Shown here piece by piece: positions 50,354 through 59,223 of a DNA stretch of 64,000 nucleotides. The stretch lies in sequence record NC_070962.1. The stretch is one strand, 5' to 3'. A model generated the notes under the pieces. That model had not been told where the DNA came from. It worked only from the letters and a program-made list of their open reading frames with translations, and did not search any database. The stretch's first letter is position 1, and every line of letters begins with the position of its first letter. A program made the position numbers and the translations under genes.

Positions 50354-50740
50354 ATGACTAAATCATCTGGCAAGTGGTGTCCACTTATTAAAAAAGATTG
50401 TGTTGAACATAAGTGTGCTTGGTACACACATATCGCAGGAGTAGATCCTAACACTGGAAATGCAGTAGATCATTGGTCTTGTGCAGTACAATGGATGCCA
50501 ATGTTAATGATTGAAAATAGTCAACAACAACGTCAAACTGGTTCTGCTGTTGAGTCTTTCCGTAATGAAATGGTGAAAGCAAATGACAGCAATCAGCAAA
50601 TGTTAGATGCTGTTGGTAACATGTATCTTGATATGTGTGAAGCACAAGGTGTTAATGTTTCCGAATATATTGAACAAATCGAAGGCATAGATAATACAGA
50701 AGAAAACTTACTACCAGAGTCCAACGAGGAGCAACAATGA
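50354..50740 (+). CDS. Cys-rich accessory protein of the collar-fibre cassette
   Basis: WCPLIKKDC...KCAW...WSCA (four Cys), followed by a helical and acidic tail. Confidence 0.7.
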   Translation: MTKSSGKWCPLIKKDCVEHKCAWYTHIAGVDPNTGNAVDHWSCAVQWMPMLMIENSQQQRQTGSAVESFRNEMVKANDSNQQMLDAVGNMYLDMCEAQGVNVSEYIEQIEGIDNTEENLLPESNEEQQ

Positions 50741-52074
50741 GAATTTCTATTATTCCAGAAGATAAGAAAATTATCGTAGATGGTAAGACTGTTGATCTTG
50801 AGGATGATGCACCTTGGGATTTTGATGATGAACCTATTCATGCAATTCAGTGGAGAGATGGTAGAGGTGAATTAGAATATGAGGATGTTCCTGGTGAAGA
50901 TCCTTTACCGAATAAGATTTTTGGTGATGATGAATTTGATACTATTGTTCAACCATACTTAGATTATTTTAATAGTTTCCTCACAGTCTATGAGCAAAGA
51001 CAACTTGCTGCTGCATTAGCAGAAGAAGAAAATCTTGCTGCTCAGATTGAAGAATTAAATCTTGATAAACTAGAAAAAGAAGCACAGTTGGTTATCATTG
51101 ATGATCTTCAGAGACAAAATAAAGAACTTCGTGATGAAAGAGAAGAACTGTATAATGAAAAATCTAGACTTGAACAAGCAAAAGTTTTTGATGAACAAAC
51201 TTCTTTGATGGAACTTCAAAGAGAACAGGCAGCAAGAGAATCAGAAAGAGCAGGACTTGAAGCACAAAAAGCAGAAGAATTTTTTGAAAAGAAATCTTTA
51301 GAACTTGCTAAGAAGTATGATGAACTCTTCCATGACTTTGAGAAAGAGAAGGAAGCATTTATTGAAGAGAGGAAGCAGTATCAAGAACTGCTTCAGATGG
51401 AACGTGACAAGATGGAACGTGAACTTGAAGAAAGTGAAAAAGGCATTCTTCTAGAGGATAAAGAAAGAGCACAAAAAGAGGAGATGCTAGAGAAAGTCAG
51501 GTTGCTTGAAGAAGAGCAACTTGAAATTACAAAGGCAGAACTTGAAATGCAAAAAGAAGGTCTTCATGTTCAATGGCAAAATGCTGAATGGGAACTTGAA
51601 GAGATTCGACGTGAAAGAGATAAAATTCGCATGGAGTTTGAGGAAGAGAAAAAAAGATTCGATAAACAAGTTGATCAAGAACTTGATGTTATCATGAGAT
51701 CTCATGAAGATGTTCTTGCTAAGTTAGATAATGAACAGTATTATGATGAACTTGATGATGCTCTAGAGAAAGAATTTGACAAAGCAGAGAAAGAATATAG
51801 AGATAGTCAGAGAGAAAAACTTAAGGCATCTCAGGCAAATACTTTTGCTTCTGAGTTGAGTGATCTTTCTAAAGAGAGTGCCGATAGAGAAGAAATTGAG
51901 AAAGGTCAAAATTATTCTATTGATGACATTCTAACTCTCATGGATGAAATTGATCCTGAGAAATTATACACAACTCTTACATCAGAAGAAAGGAAAGATA
52001 ATGAACTTCCTGTAGATAAAGCAGTTAAATGGTTCTCTGCCCTTAAAGATGTTCTAGATAAAAATAACAACTAA
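50737..52074 (+). CDS. Fibre-assembly-chaperone-like N-terminal domain fused to a long acidic coiled coil
   Basis: N-terminal MRISIIPEDK.I.VDG...IHAIQW.DG.GELEY. From about aa 85 it is a heptad-like Glu-rich helix. Hand count 130 D/E versus 68 K/R. Confidence 0.6.
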   Translation: MRISIIPEDKKIIVDGKTVDLEDDAPWDFDDEPIHAIQWRDGRGELEYEDVPGEDPLPNKIFGDDEFDTIVQPYLDYFNSFLTVYEQRQLAAALAEEENLAAQIEELNLDKLEKEAQLVIIDDLQRQNKELRDEREELYNEKSRLEQAKVFDEQTSLMELQREQAARESERAGLEAQKAEEFFEKKSLELAKKYDELFHDFEKEKEAFIEERKQYQELLQMERDKMERELEESEKGILLEDKERAQKEEMLEKVRLLEEEQLEITKAELEMQKEGLHVQWQNAEWELEEIRRERDKIRMEFEEEKKRFDKQVDQELDVIMRSHEDVLAKLDNEQYYDELDDALEKEFDKAEKEYRDSQREKLKASQANTFASELSDLSKESADREEIEKGQNYSIDDILTLMDEIDPEKLYTTLTSEERKDNELPVDKAVKWFSALKDVLDKNNN

Positions 52075-52080
52075 TATGGT

Positions 52081-53442
52081 ATGAAAGATGAATTGATGAA
52101 GAACAACTATCTGGTTGTTCCTGGTTTTATTGATGCTGATCATGCCAAAAGATTAGAGGATGAGTTTTTTGTAACAGATGCAAAGTTTAATTTTAATGGT
52201 GATGAACAAGCACCAAACTCTGCATCTGTTTGGAATTATCTTCCAGCACTAGAACTTCTCACTAACAAGACATCTCATGTGAGTGAACTTGTTGGTGAAA
52301 CTGTTTTGCCAACGTACACTTATTCCAGAATCTATCGCAATGGAAGTGTTCTTGCAAAACATACAGATCGTCCAGCATGTGAAGTTTCTATGACTCTACA
52401 TTTGGGTGGTGATGTACCTTGGGCAATTTGGATTGAAACACCAGAGGGTGAAAAAAGATGTGTATCTTTGAATCCTGGTGATGCTATGCTATACTTGGGA
52501 TGTGTTGCTCCACATTGGAGAGATAGATTTACTGGTGAACACTATACACAGTTCTTTTTACACTATGTGAGAAGCAGAGGAATGTATGGTGCTGCATTTT
52601 TTGATCAAGAACGTGATGTAATTGAAGACCACGAAAGTTTATTAGAGGAGTATGATGACATGAGAAATAGACTAGAACATTCCAATCCAAGAGCAATTCT
52701 ACCTAAAAAGTATAGAGAAAAACAGCAAGGTAGTATTGACATTGTAAAAGTTGATAACAATGATGAAGGGTTTGTCGATTTTGATAATGTTGTAATTGCT
52801 AATTCAAAGTATGAAAAGTTTCTGAAGAAGAAAGATACACCAGAGATTGTAAATTCCAGTGCCAATAAATTGAGTGTAAAGAAACTGGAAGATTTTATCT
52901 GGCATGGTGAAGAGTTTATTGATCCTGAATTTTGTGATAAACTTCTAGAAGAATATGCACCAACAAATTATTGGGAACCAACACTAACTGGAAGTGGTCA
53001 TGATCCAGATGCAAGACGTTGTGAGATGATTCCTATTTCTGATCAAGGAATTATAGAAGAAAATAATACAGAAGAGAGAAAGGAATTAGATGAATATCTT
53101 TTTAATGTCGTGAAAGATATTATTGAAGATTATCAAAAAATGCACCCTGAGTTTGAACTAGAAGTTCAAGAAGATAGTGGATATGAGTTACTAAAATATG
53201 AAGTTGGTGACTTTTATATTCAGCACAGTGATTCTTTCAAGGAGCAACCTAGAGCATTGACTGTTATTATGTCAATGAATGATGGTTATGAAGGTGGTGA
53301 AGTTGCACTCTTTAATCGTGAGTTAGTATACAAACTTGGTGCTGGTGATATTCTAGTGTTCCCATCAAACTTCATGTATCCACATGAAATTATGCCAGTG
53401 ACTTCTGGAACTAGATATTCTATCATCACCTGGATTGTATGA
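52081..53442 (+). CDS. Tandem two-domain 2OG-Fe(II) oxygenase
   Basis: Domain 1: LAKHTDRPACE..PHWR. Domain 2: YIQHSD...GG...PHEIMPV..RYSIITW. Confidence 0.88.
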   Translation: MKDELMKNNYLVVPGFIDADHAKRLEDEFFVTDAKFNFNGDEQAPNSASVWNYLPALELLTNKTSHVSELVGETVLPTYTYSRIYRNGSVLAKHTDRPACEVSMTLHLGGDVPWAIWIETPEGEKRCVSLNPGDAMLYLGCVAPHWRDRFTGEHYTQFFLHYVRSRGMYGAAFFDQERDVIEDHESLLEEYDDMRNRLEHSNPRAILPKKYREKQQGSIDIVKVDNNDEGFVDFDNVVIANSKYEKFLKKKDTPEIVNSSANKLSVKKLEDFIWHGEEFIDPEFCDKLLEEYAPTNYWEPTLTGSGHDPDARRCEMIPISDQGIIEENNTEERKELDEYLFNVVKDIIEDYQKMHPEFELEVQEDSGYELLKYEVGDFYIQHSDSFKEQPRALTVIMSMNDGYEGGEVALFNRELVYKLGAGDILVFPSNFMYPHEIMPVTSGTRYSIITWIV

Positions 53443-54092
53443 AACATAATGATTTTATTGGTGTTTATCCAGATTCACTAGATAAACAAACTTGTGATTA
53501 TATTATTCAATATTTTGAAGATAATTATAAACACCCTGATGATCCAAATTGTAAAATAAAAGCAGGATGTGGTTCACATGAAACTGAGAGAGGTCATCTT
53601 ACCCGTCATGATTATCAATGGTATCTAAATTTAGATGATCCTGCTGCATCTCTTATTGCACAAGTTGTTGATCATTGTTGGAGGAAATATGTTGAAAGAT
53701 TCTGGGTTGCTGATTACATAAGCACATCTTTTGAGGAAGTAAAACTTCAGAAAACACCACCAAGAGGTGGATTTCATGATTGGCATTGTGAAATCAATGA
53801 TTTAGGTGTTGTTGACAGATGTGTTGCTTGGATGTTATATTTGAATGACATTCCTGAAGGTGAAGGTGAAACTGAGTTCCTTTGGCAAGGTCTTAGAGTA
53901 CAACCAAAAGCAGGAACGTTGTTAATTTGGCCCGCATTTTTTACTCATACTCATCGAGGAAATCCTGTTTATTCATGTGATAAGTATATTGCAACAGGAT
54001 GGGGTTTATATGAACCAAATGAAGATGTCGCACTTGTTGATGTTTTTAATTGGGATGATGACAAAAAAATCTTTACTGGAAGAAAAAACTAA
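53439..54092 (+). CDS. 2OG-Fe(II) oxygenase (HxE variant)
   Basis: FHDWHCE...MLYLND..GETEF...THTHRG..KYIATGW. Confidence 0.88.
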   Translation: MKHNDFIGVYPDSLDKQTCDYIIQYFEDNYKHPDDPNCKIKAGCGSHETERGHLTRHDYQWYLNLDDPAASLIAQVVDHCWRKYVERFWVADYISTSFEEVKLQKTPPRGGFHDWHCEINDLGVVDRCVAWMLYLNDIPEGEGETEFLWQGLRVQPKAGTLLIWPAFFTHTHRGNPVYSCDKYIATGWGLYEPNEDVALVDVFNWDDDKKIFTGRKN

Positions 54093-54307
54093 TGGCACTA
54101 TCAGATCAAGTTAAAGACGAATTAGACTCTGCTTCAACACATCTTCGTGAAGCACTAGCATTTGCTGCAAGAAATGAAAAACCTTTTGTTATTAAAGCAT
54201 TGGGTGAAATGGTTCATGCTTTGGATCAACTATCATCCGCAGATGAGTTCATGGATACTATGCAAGAATTGATGAAGGAGCAAGAAGATGGACTATCAGA
54301 TTTTTAA
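54092..54307 (+). CDS. Small helical hypothetical protein
   Basis: Overlap-coupled to its neighbours on both sides. Confidence 0.7.
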   Translation: MALSDQVKDELDSASTHLREALAFAARNEKPFVIKALGEMVHALDQLSSADEFMDTMQELMKEQEDGLSDF

Positions 54308-54875
54308 TGATCCATTTCCTTATGTTATCATAAATGATACATTTAATTCGGGTGAACTTGAGTTAATTTGGAGAGAAATTGATTTTTTAGAACCAAAACT
54401 AAGAGAACCTGAAGGTTTTTTTGCTGCGGCAAATGAAACAGGGGAATATATTACAAATTCCAAAGGATTGTCCTTAGATGATACCTATGGAAATCGTGAT
54501 TGTTCTGATATTTTAACTATAACCAGATCAATTTTCTTTCATAATACTGAATTGTACGATGATTTGAGTAAATCTAGTGACTATTGGGTAACATGGACAA
54601 AATCAAATTCGGATTATACTAAACTTAGGAAGTATTCACCTGGACAAGGATATAATCCACATTCAGATACTTGGGTAAATGTGTTAATTTCAACCACATT
54701 GTATAAAGAAGAAGGAAGTGGTGGTGATTTATATTTCCCTTATCATGATCTGACAATAGAAACTAAAAACAATCAAACTGTTATTTTTCCTGGATGGGTA
54801 GAACATGCTGTACTAGATGTTGAAGATAATGACAGATATGCTGTAACGATATTTGTACACTGTGCCAGTTCTTGA
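54288..54875 (+). CDS. 2OG-Fe(II) oxygenase
   Basis: YNPHSD...GGDL...FPGWVEHAV...RYAVT. Confidence 0.85.
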   Translation: MDYQIFNDPFPYVIINDTFNSGELELIWREIDFLEPKLREPEGFFAAANETGEYITNSKGLSLDDTYGNRDCSDILTITRSIFFHNTELYDDLSKSSDYWVTWTKSNSDYTKLRKYSPGQGYNPHSDTWVNVLISTTLYKEEGSGGDLYFPYHDLTIETKNNQTVIFPGWVEHAVLDVEDNDRYAVTIFVHCASS

Positions 54876-54935
54876 AGTGTCCACTATCGGTTGAAATGGT
54901 CCCGTTTTCCTGTATTCTATAAGAGTCAAAGGAAC
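54862..54935 (+). repeat. Early-promoter cassette, copy A
   Basis: GTGCCAGTT-n6-GTGTCCAC...TTGAAA...TGTATTCTATAAGAGTCAAAGGAAC. The 25-nt core is identical at 54911, 59275, 59914 and 61611. Confidence 0.85.
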
Positions 54936-54943
54936 AGACACCG

Positions 54944-55312
54944 ATGCCCACTGAATTTGCCGACTTCGTTGCAACTCAAGATGCACGGAACACCATTGAA
55001 CTTAACGTCCGTAAGTATTGCTTGATGCTGTGTGATTGTCTTCTTGAAGACTTCAAACGTGCCAACAATCGTAAGACTGACGATTACAAATTCTACATTG
55101 AATCTGGTCGTAAGTATCACAAACTGATCATGGAGACTGGTGCTGGGTCTCGCAGTGTTCATGCTTTTGTTGATAAAAAGACTGGTGATGTATACAAACC
55201 AGCATCATTCAAAGCACCAGCAAAGCATGTAAGGTTTAATTTACTTTCCATCACTTCCCGTGAAGAATGTTTTGCCCGTGCAGATTGGGCAGGTGGTTAT
55301 CTTTACATGTGA
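54944..55312 (+). CDS. Conserved phage hypothetical protein (early)
   Basis: GRKYHKL...SVHAFVDKKTGDVYKPAS.KAPAK..R pattern. First gene after cassette A. Confidence 0.7.
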   Translation: MPTEFADFVATQDARNTIELNVRKYCLMLCDCLLEDFKRANNRKTDDYKFYIESGRKYHKLIMETGAGSRSVHAFVDKKTGDVYKPASFKAPAKHVRFNLLSITSREECFARADWAGGYLYM

Positions 55313-55872
55313 TGAAAATGACTCGTACTGAAATTGTAACTTATGGTGCTGTGGTCGTTCTATTGACTGCGGTATCTTATCATACTGTAAATGTTAAAAG
55401 TGAACGACCAAAATATGTAAATGAAAGACATGAATATATTTGTTCAACACTACCCAAACCTCATCCCGATTGCCCATGAAACTTAATCATCATCAATGGA
55501 AACTTGTCTTCGATGCTGTTCGCAAACAACAGGTGAATAGTATTGTTGATGGATCTGAATACAAAGAATATGATGCAATTCTTACTGAATTGTGGGATTT
55601 GGCATACTCCGAAACATATGCTAACATTCAAATGGTAGAAGATCTTGCCAATGAAAACTCCTGATAAAGTTAAGAAAGATTACGAAACATGGTTTGCAGA
55701 CACATTCTGCGAACTATGTGAGTATGATGATGGGGCAGAGGTTCTTCAGCATTGCATGAATCATGCTATTGCAAACCTCACATCATGGCATCTCAAAGAA
55801 TTACAGTCTCTGAGTGACATGCAGTCTATCACCGAAAAAACTTTCTCCAAACAAAACGATGCACCTGATTGA
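55312..55872 (+). CDS. Three small overlapping hypothetical ORFs (55312..55479 membrane-anchored, 55476..55664, 55651..55872)
   Basis: Consecutive overlapping starts and stops. The first has a hydrophobic helix. Confidence 0.6.
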
Positions 55873-56410
55873 TTCTCTGGAAACAAAAACTGACTGGGGT
55901 AAGATCTTCGGTGTTGTAGATTCACTCTACAATGATGCAGGATTCTCCTCTAATGCTGATAACTTTGCCCGTGCAACTGCTGTAGAGAAAGCAATCGCAA
56001 AGTTCTCAGATCTTGAACGTGTGGATCAAACTGGGTATGATTTTATCTTTGGTGATACTAAAGTAGAACTGAAGATGGGTAAGAATTTGTTCTACAAACG
56101 TAAGGACATTCATGCCACTAAAAAGTTTAAGGTCAAGTCTTTCCTGAGTGAGAAGAAGACTGTCGAAGATTTCAAGCAACTGAAAACTTTCGACTACATG
56201 ATGGTGATTGATCTTACTGCACGTCGTGTGGTAATTGTTGATGACGAAAAAGCACGATCTCTCTACACTGATGGTGCTGACGGTGCTATGATTGAACTCA
56301 AACTCGGTGACTATTACGAGTGTGATCTGGGTGACTTTGATGTCATTGAACCACCCACATCTTTGTCTAAGGCTATCAACAAAGCAATCGAGGGTTATCT
56401 TGACTTCTAA
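55859..56410 (+). CDS. Putative PD-(D/E)xK restriction-endonuclease-fold protein
   Basis: E in the first helix, then GYDF..GDTKVELK (D...ExK). Confidence 0.5.
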   Translation: MHLIDSLETKTDWGKIFGVVDSLYNDAGFSSNADNFARATAVEKAIAKFSDLERVDQTGYDFIFGDTKVELKMGKNLFYKRKDIHATKKFKVKSFLSEKKTVEDFKQLKTFDYMMVIDLTARRVVIVDDEKARSLYTDGADGAMIELKLGDYYECDLGDFDVIEPPTSLSKAINKAIEGYLDF

Positions 56411-56500
56411 AGAAAAACTGCTATTTGTATCATCATTCGTTTGGTTTCTTCATTGGGGAACACATTTAACATCAACTATTATTGAAGCAATGATTAAGAT

Positions 56501-56558
56501 GTGACAGTTGTTAAGGTGCCCACTCTGCCCTGACTCTGCCCTCACTCTGCCCTATACT
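56501..56558 (+). promoter_or_regulatory. Early-promoter cassette variant with a triple 11-nt repeat
   Basis: GTGACAGTT-n6-GTGCCCAC, then three copies of ACTCTGCCCT, then TATACT. Confidence 0.65.
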
Positions 56559-56578
56559 GACTTCAGTCACAAGAAAAC

Positions 56579-57463
56579 ATGCAAAACAAACATCAAGAGC
56601 ATCCTGAAGATACCATTCTGACTGGTGATCTTTCTGCTATCAATCTTCTTTACAATTTCACACATGCTAGTGTGAAGATGGATGGTATTGCTATTGTTTG
56701 GGGCAAAGATCCTGCCACTGGCACATTCTTTGTTGGCAATAAAGCAGTTTTCAACAAGAAAAAGATCCGTATTGCTCACTCTCATGAGGAGATTGACTTC
56801 TTCTATGAGGATGAAATGGCAGAGATTCTGCATCTTGCTTACAACTTCCTTCCTCGCACTGATAGAATCTTCCAAGGTGATTTCTTGGGTTGGGGTGCAG
56901 GAACTATCTTCACTCAGAATACTATCACTTATGAATTTCCAGAAGTTGTAACTCAAAAGTTCATTGTTGCACCTCATACAGAATACTTTGCAGAGAATGA
57001 TCTGCGTGATGCTGTAGCATCTCCACTTAAAGAGCACTTTGATGATAATCAGAAAGTCAAGTGGGTGCAACCTTGTGTTGATTGGATGAGAAGTCCTGAA
57101 ACACCACAGATTGACACCACTGATGTTAAGTTTCTGGACAAACGTACAGCAGATTGTTGTAAGAAAATCATCAATGCTTTCATCCGTGAGGGTAAAGAAC
57201 TCACCTATGAATTGCTGACGTTGGTGTTTGATTGTCCTAAACTTGCAAGTCTTTATCTCACTGTGATTGAGATGAAAGAGGATCTGATGGATAGTCTCAA
57301 GATCACAAACTGTCCCAAATCTTACATTGGAGACCTGCAAATCAAGCAGGAAGGGTTCACTATTGCTGATGAATCTGGTCAAGTTGTTAAACTTGTAGAC
57401 CGTGAGATTTTCTCCATGAACAACTTTAACATGCCCAAACGATGGGAGACACCTGGACGGTGA
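56579..57463 (+). CDS. Ligase/nucleotidyltransferase-superfamily-like protein
   Basis: SVKMDG (KxDG), QGDF, QEGF and VKLVDR motifs in the expected order. Confidence 0.55.
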   Translation: MQNKHQEHPEDTILTGDLSAINLLYNFTHASVKMDGIAIVWGKDPATGTFFVGNKAVFNKKKIRIAHSHEEIDFFYEDEMAEILHLAYNFLPRTDRIFQGDFLGWGAGTIFTQNTITYEFPEVVTQKFIVAPHTEYFAENDLRDAVASPLKEHFDDNQKVKWVQPCVDWMRSPETPQIDTTDVKFLDKRTADCCKKIINAFIREGKELTYELLTLVFDCPKLASLYLTVIEMKEDLMDSLKITNCPKSYIGDLQIKQEGFTIADESGQVVKLVDREIFSMNNFNMPKRWETPGR

Positions 57464-57469
57464 AACAAG

Positions 57470-57528
57470 TGGCACACAGACCCTTGTAGGTGCCTCTCAG
57501 TCGTGTATTATTAAAGAGTCAAAGGGAC
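57470..57528 (+). repeat. Early-promoter cassette, divergent copy
   Basis: GTGGCACAC...TGTATTATTAAAGAGTCAAAGGGAC (21/25 match to the core). Confidence 0.7.
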
Positions 57529-57533
57529 ACACG

Positions 57534-57719
57534 ATGATTCTCTCTCAAGCATCCTGCCTCACAACTCGTCAACGTATGTGGGTCGGTCGGAGAACTGATA
57601 ACGGTCCACAAATTGGATACGGTGATCAACCAACACAACTAGAAACTGAGTGGATTGCTGGTGTTTATGCTGAAAAGTATGCAGCAGAAGCAAAAGCAAA
57701 GATTCCATCTTTTGAGTGA
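57534..57719 (+). CDS. Hypothetical protein
   Basis: Directly after the promoter cassette and Shine-Dalgarno. Confidence 0.65.
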   Translation: MILSQASCLTTRQRMWVGRRTDNGPQIGYGDQPTQLETEWIAGVYAEKYAAEAKAKIPSFE

Positions 57720-57756
57720 TCTTCACTCTCACATTTTCATCTAATTCTTCTTCATC

Positions 57757-58191
57757 ATGGGCACTCGTTCTCGCATTGGTATTGAACTTGCAGACAAATC
57801 TGTTCTGTCAATCTATCAACACTGGGATGGTTATCCTGAGTGGACTGGTCGCATCCTGAACACACATTACACTACAAAAGAGAAAGTTTCTGAACTGATT
57901 GATGGTGGTGATTGTTCATCTATCTGGACAAAAGACCGTTGGACTGGTAAGCAACTTGCTCCATATGTGATTGAGAATAAAGAAGCAGAAGAATATGGTC
58001 CTCAATACTATGCACAACGTGGTGAGGATTGTCCTCCTCGTCTTGATAAGAATGTAAAACAATTCATCGAAGATGGTGAAGAGTACGGATACATTTACCG
58101 CAATGGTGAATGGGTCTGCTATAATACTCGCAGTTGGGATGATAACTTCGGAAAGAAAGAAGTCATCCCTGAAGGTGCTCTTGCCTGCTAA
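57757..58191 (+). CDS. Conserved phage hypothetical protein
   Basis: MGTRSRIG...SIYQHWDGYP...EYGYIY..GEW pattern, common in early phage genes. Confidence 0.7.
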   Translation: MGTRSRIGIELADKSVLSIYQHWDGYPEWTGRILNTHYTTKEKVSELIDGGDCSSIWTKDRWTGKQLAPYVIENKEAEEYGPQYYAQRGEDCPPRLDKNVKQFIEDGEEYGYIYRNGEWVCYNTRSWDDNFGKKEVIPEGALAC

Positions 58192-58197
58192 ATTACA

Positions 58198-58503
58198 ATG
58201 TGTTATCCTACTATTCAAACACCTATGGACTACAATCAAATGTCTTATTCTGAACAACGTCGTGAACGTCTAAATGATGTCATCTTTGACTATATCTCAG
58301 ACGAAGAAACATCAATGGAGGAACTCTTTGATGATATTATTGCTGAGGTCCGTGGTAGTCATGAATACTTCGCAAGATATGAGGAAAAGTGTTCAAAACT
58401 GCTTGATAAGTTGAACGCAATTACATTTGTTGAAGGAAGTCGTAAGGATTGGGAAGACTTCTGGAACAGCACTGATGAAGAACTTTCGTCGTCGGATTGC
58501 TGA
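58198..58503 (+). CDS. Acidic hypothetical protein
   Basis: ORF in operon context. The start may be internal (about 58225). Confidence 0.6.
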   Translation: MCYPTIQTPMDYNQMSYSEQRRERLNDVIFDYISDEETSMEELFDDIIAEVRGSHEYFARYEEKCSKLLDKLNAITFVEGSRKDWEDFWNSTDEELSSSDC

Positions 58504-58889
58504 TGGAAAGTCTATTCAAACTTGCAACTGAGATCGCAGCATCATCACCATCTAAAAAGAAGGTTGGTGCTGTGTTACTTAAAAAGAACAGAGTTCTCAC
58601 CTGTGCTACTAACAATGAGAAGAAAACTCATCCAACTCAAGCACATTGGGCACAAAAAGTAGGACGACCTTGTAAGATCTATCTTCACGCAGAATTATCT
58701 GCCTTAATTAAAGCAAAAGAGGAAGGAGATAAGATCATTGTTGCACGTTTGGGTGGACACAATCAGGATGAATTAAGAATGGCACGACCCTGCCCAGTTT
58801 GTGAGGCATATCTCAGAGATTGTGGCATCAAAGATGTATACTACTCTGTAACAAATAACAAATGGTCTTATGAACACTGGGAGGATTGA
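58497..58889 (+). CDS. Cytidine/deoxycytidylate deaminase family protein
   Basis: VGAVL, HAE and PCPVC Zn-deaminase motifs. Confidence 0.88.
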   Translation: MLMESLFKLATEIAASSPSKKKVGAVLLKKNRVLTCATNNEKKTHPTQAHWAQKVGRPCKIYLHAELSALIKAKEEGDKIIVARLGGHNQDELRMARPCPVCEAYLRDCGIKDVYYSVTNNKWSYEHWED

Positions 58890-59219
58890 TTGATGGCAAC
58901 TTGGAAAGCAGATGTATTTGTAAACTCAAGAGTTGGACAAATTACAACAACAGTAGAAGCAGCAACATTTAGTGGTGCTGAAGAACAAATCTATGCAAAG
59001 CATGGTGATGTTCAACAAATTTGTAATTTGAGAGAAGTTTCAAGTGGTGGAGGTTCTCTACTCTCTGATGCTGGAGATATGGGAGGATGGTTTATACTTG
59101 GTTGCATAGTTTTTGCAACTTGGTTGATCATGGAGTTCTGGTGGATTATTGTTCCTGTCGCAGCAATTTGTGGTCTGGGTTGGATAGCAATGAAAACAGA
59201 ACATTTATGGAATAAGTGA
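58890..59219 (+). CDS. Membrane-anchored hypothetical protein
   Basis: C-terminal hydrophobic hairpin. Confidence 0.65.
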   Translation: MMATWKADVFVNSRVGQITTTVEAATFSGAEEQIYAKHGDVQQICNLREVSSGGGSLLSDAGDMGGWFILGCIVFATWLIMEFWWIIVPVAAICGLGWIAMKTEHLWNK

Positions 59220-59223
59220 AGTA

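Noticed and set aside
21585-52074. Diversity-generating retroelement or invertase shufflon acting on fibre genes
   Set aside because: No reverse transcriptase, no TR/VR pair differing only at adenines, no recombinase and no inverted cassettes seen in this window.
45853-54875. Oxygenase multiplicity alone as a novelty
   Set aside because: Expanded 2OG-Fe(II) oxygenase families are already known in T4-like cyanophages. Only their arrangement around the Arg-fibre cassette is reported as notable.
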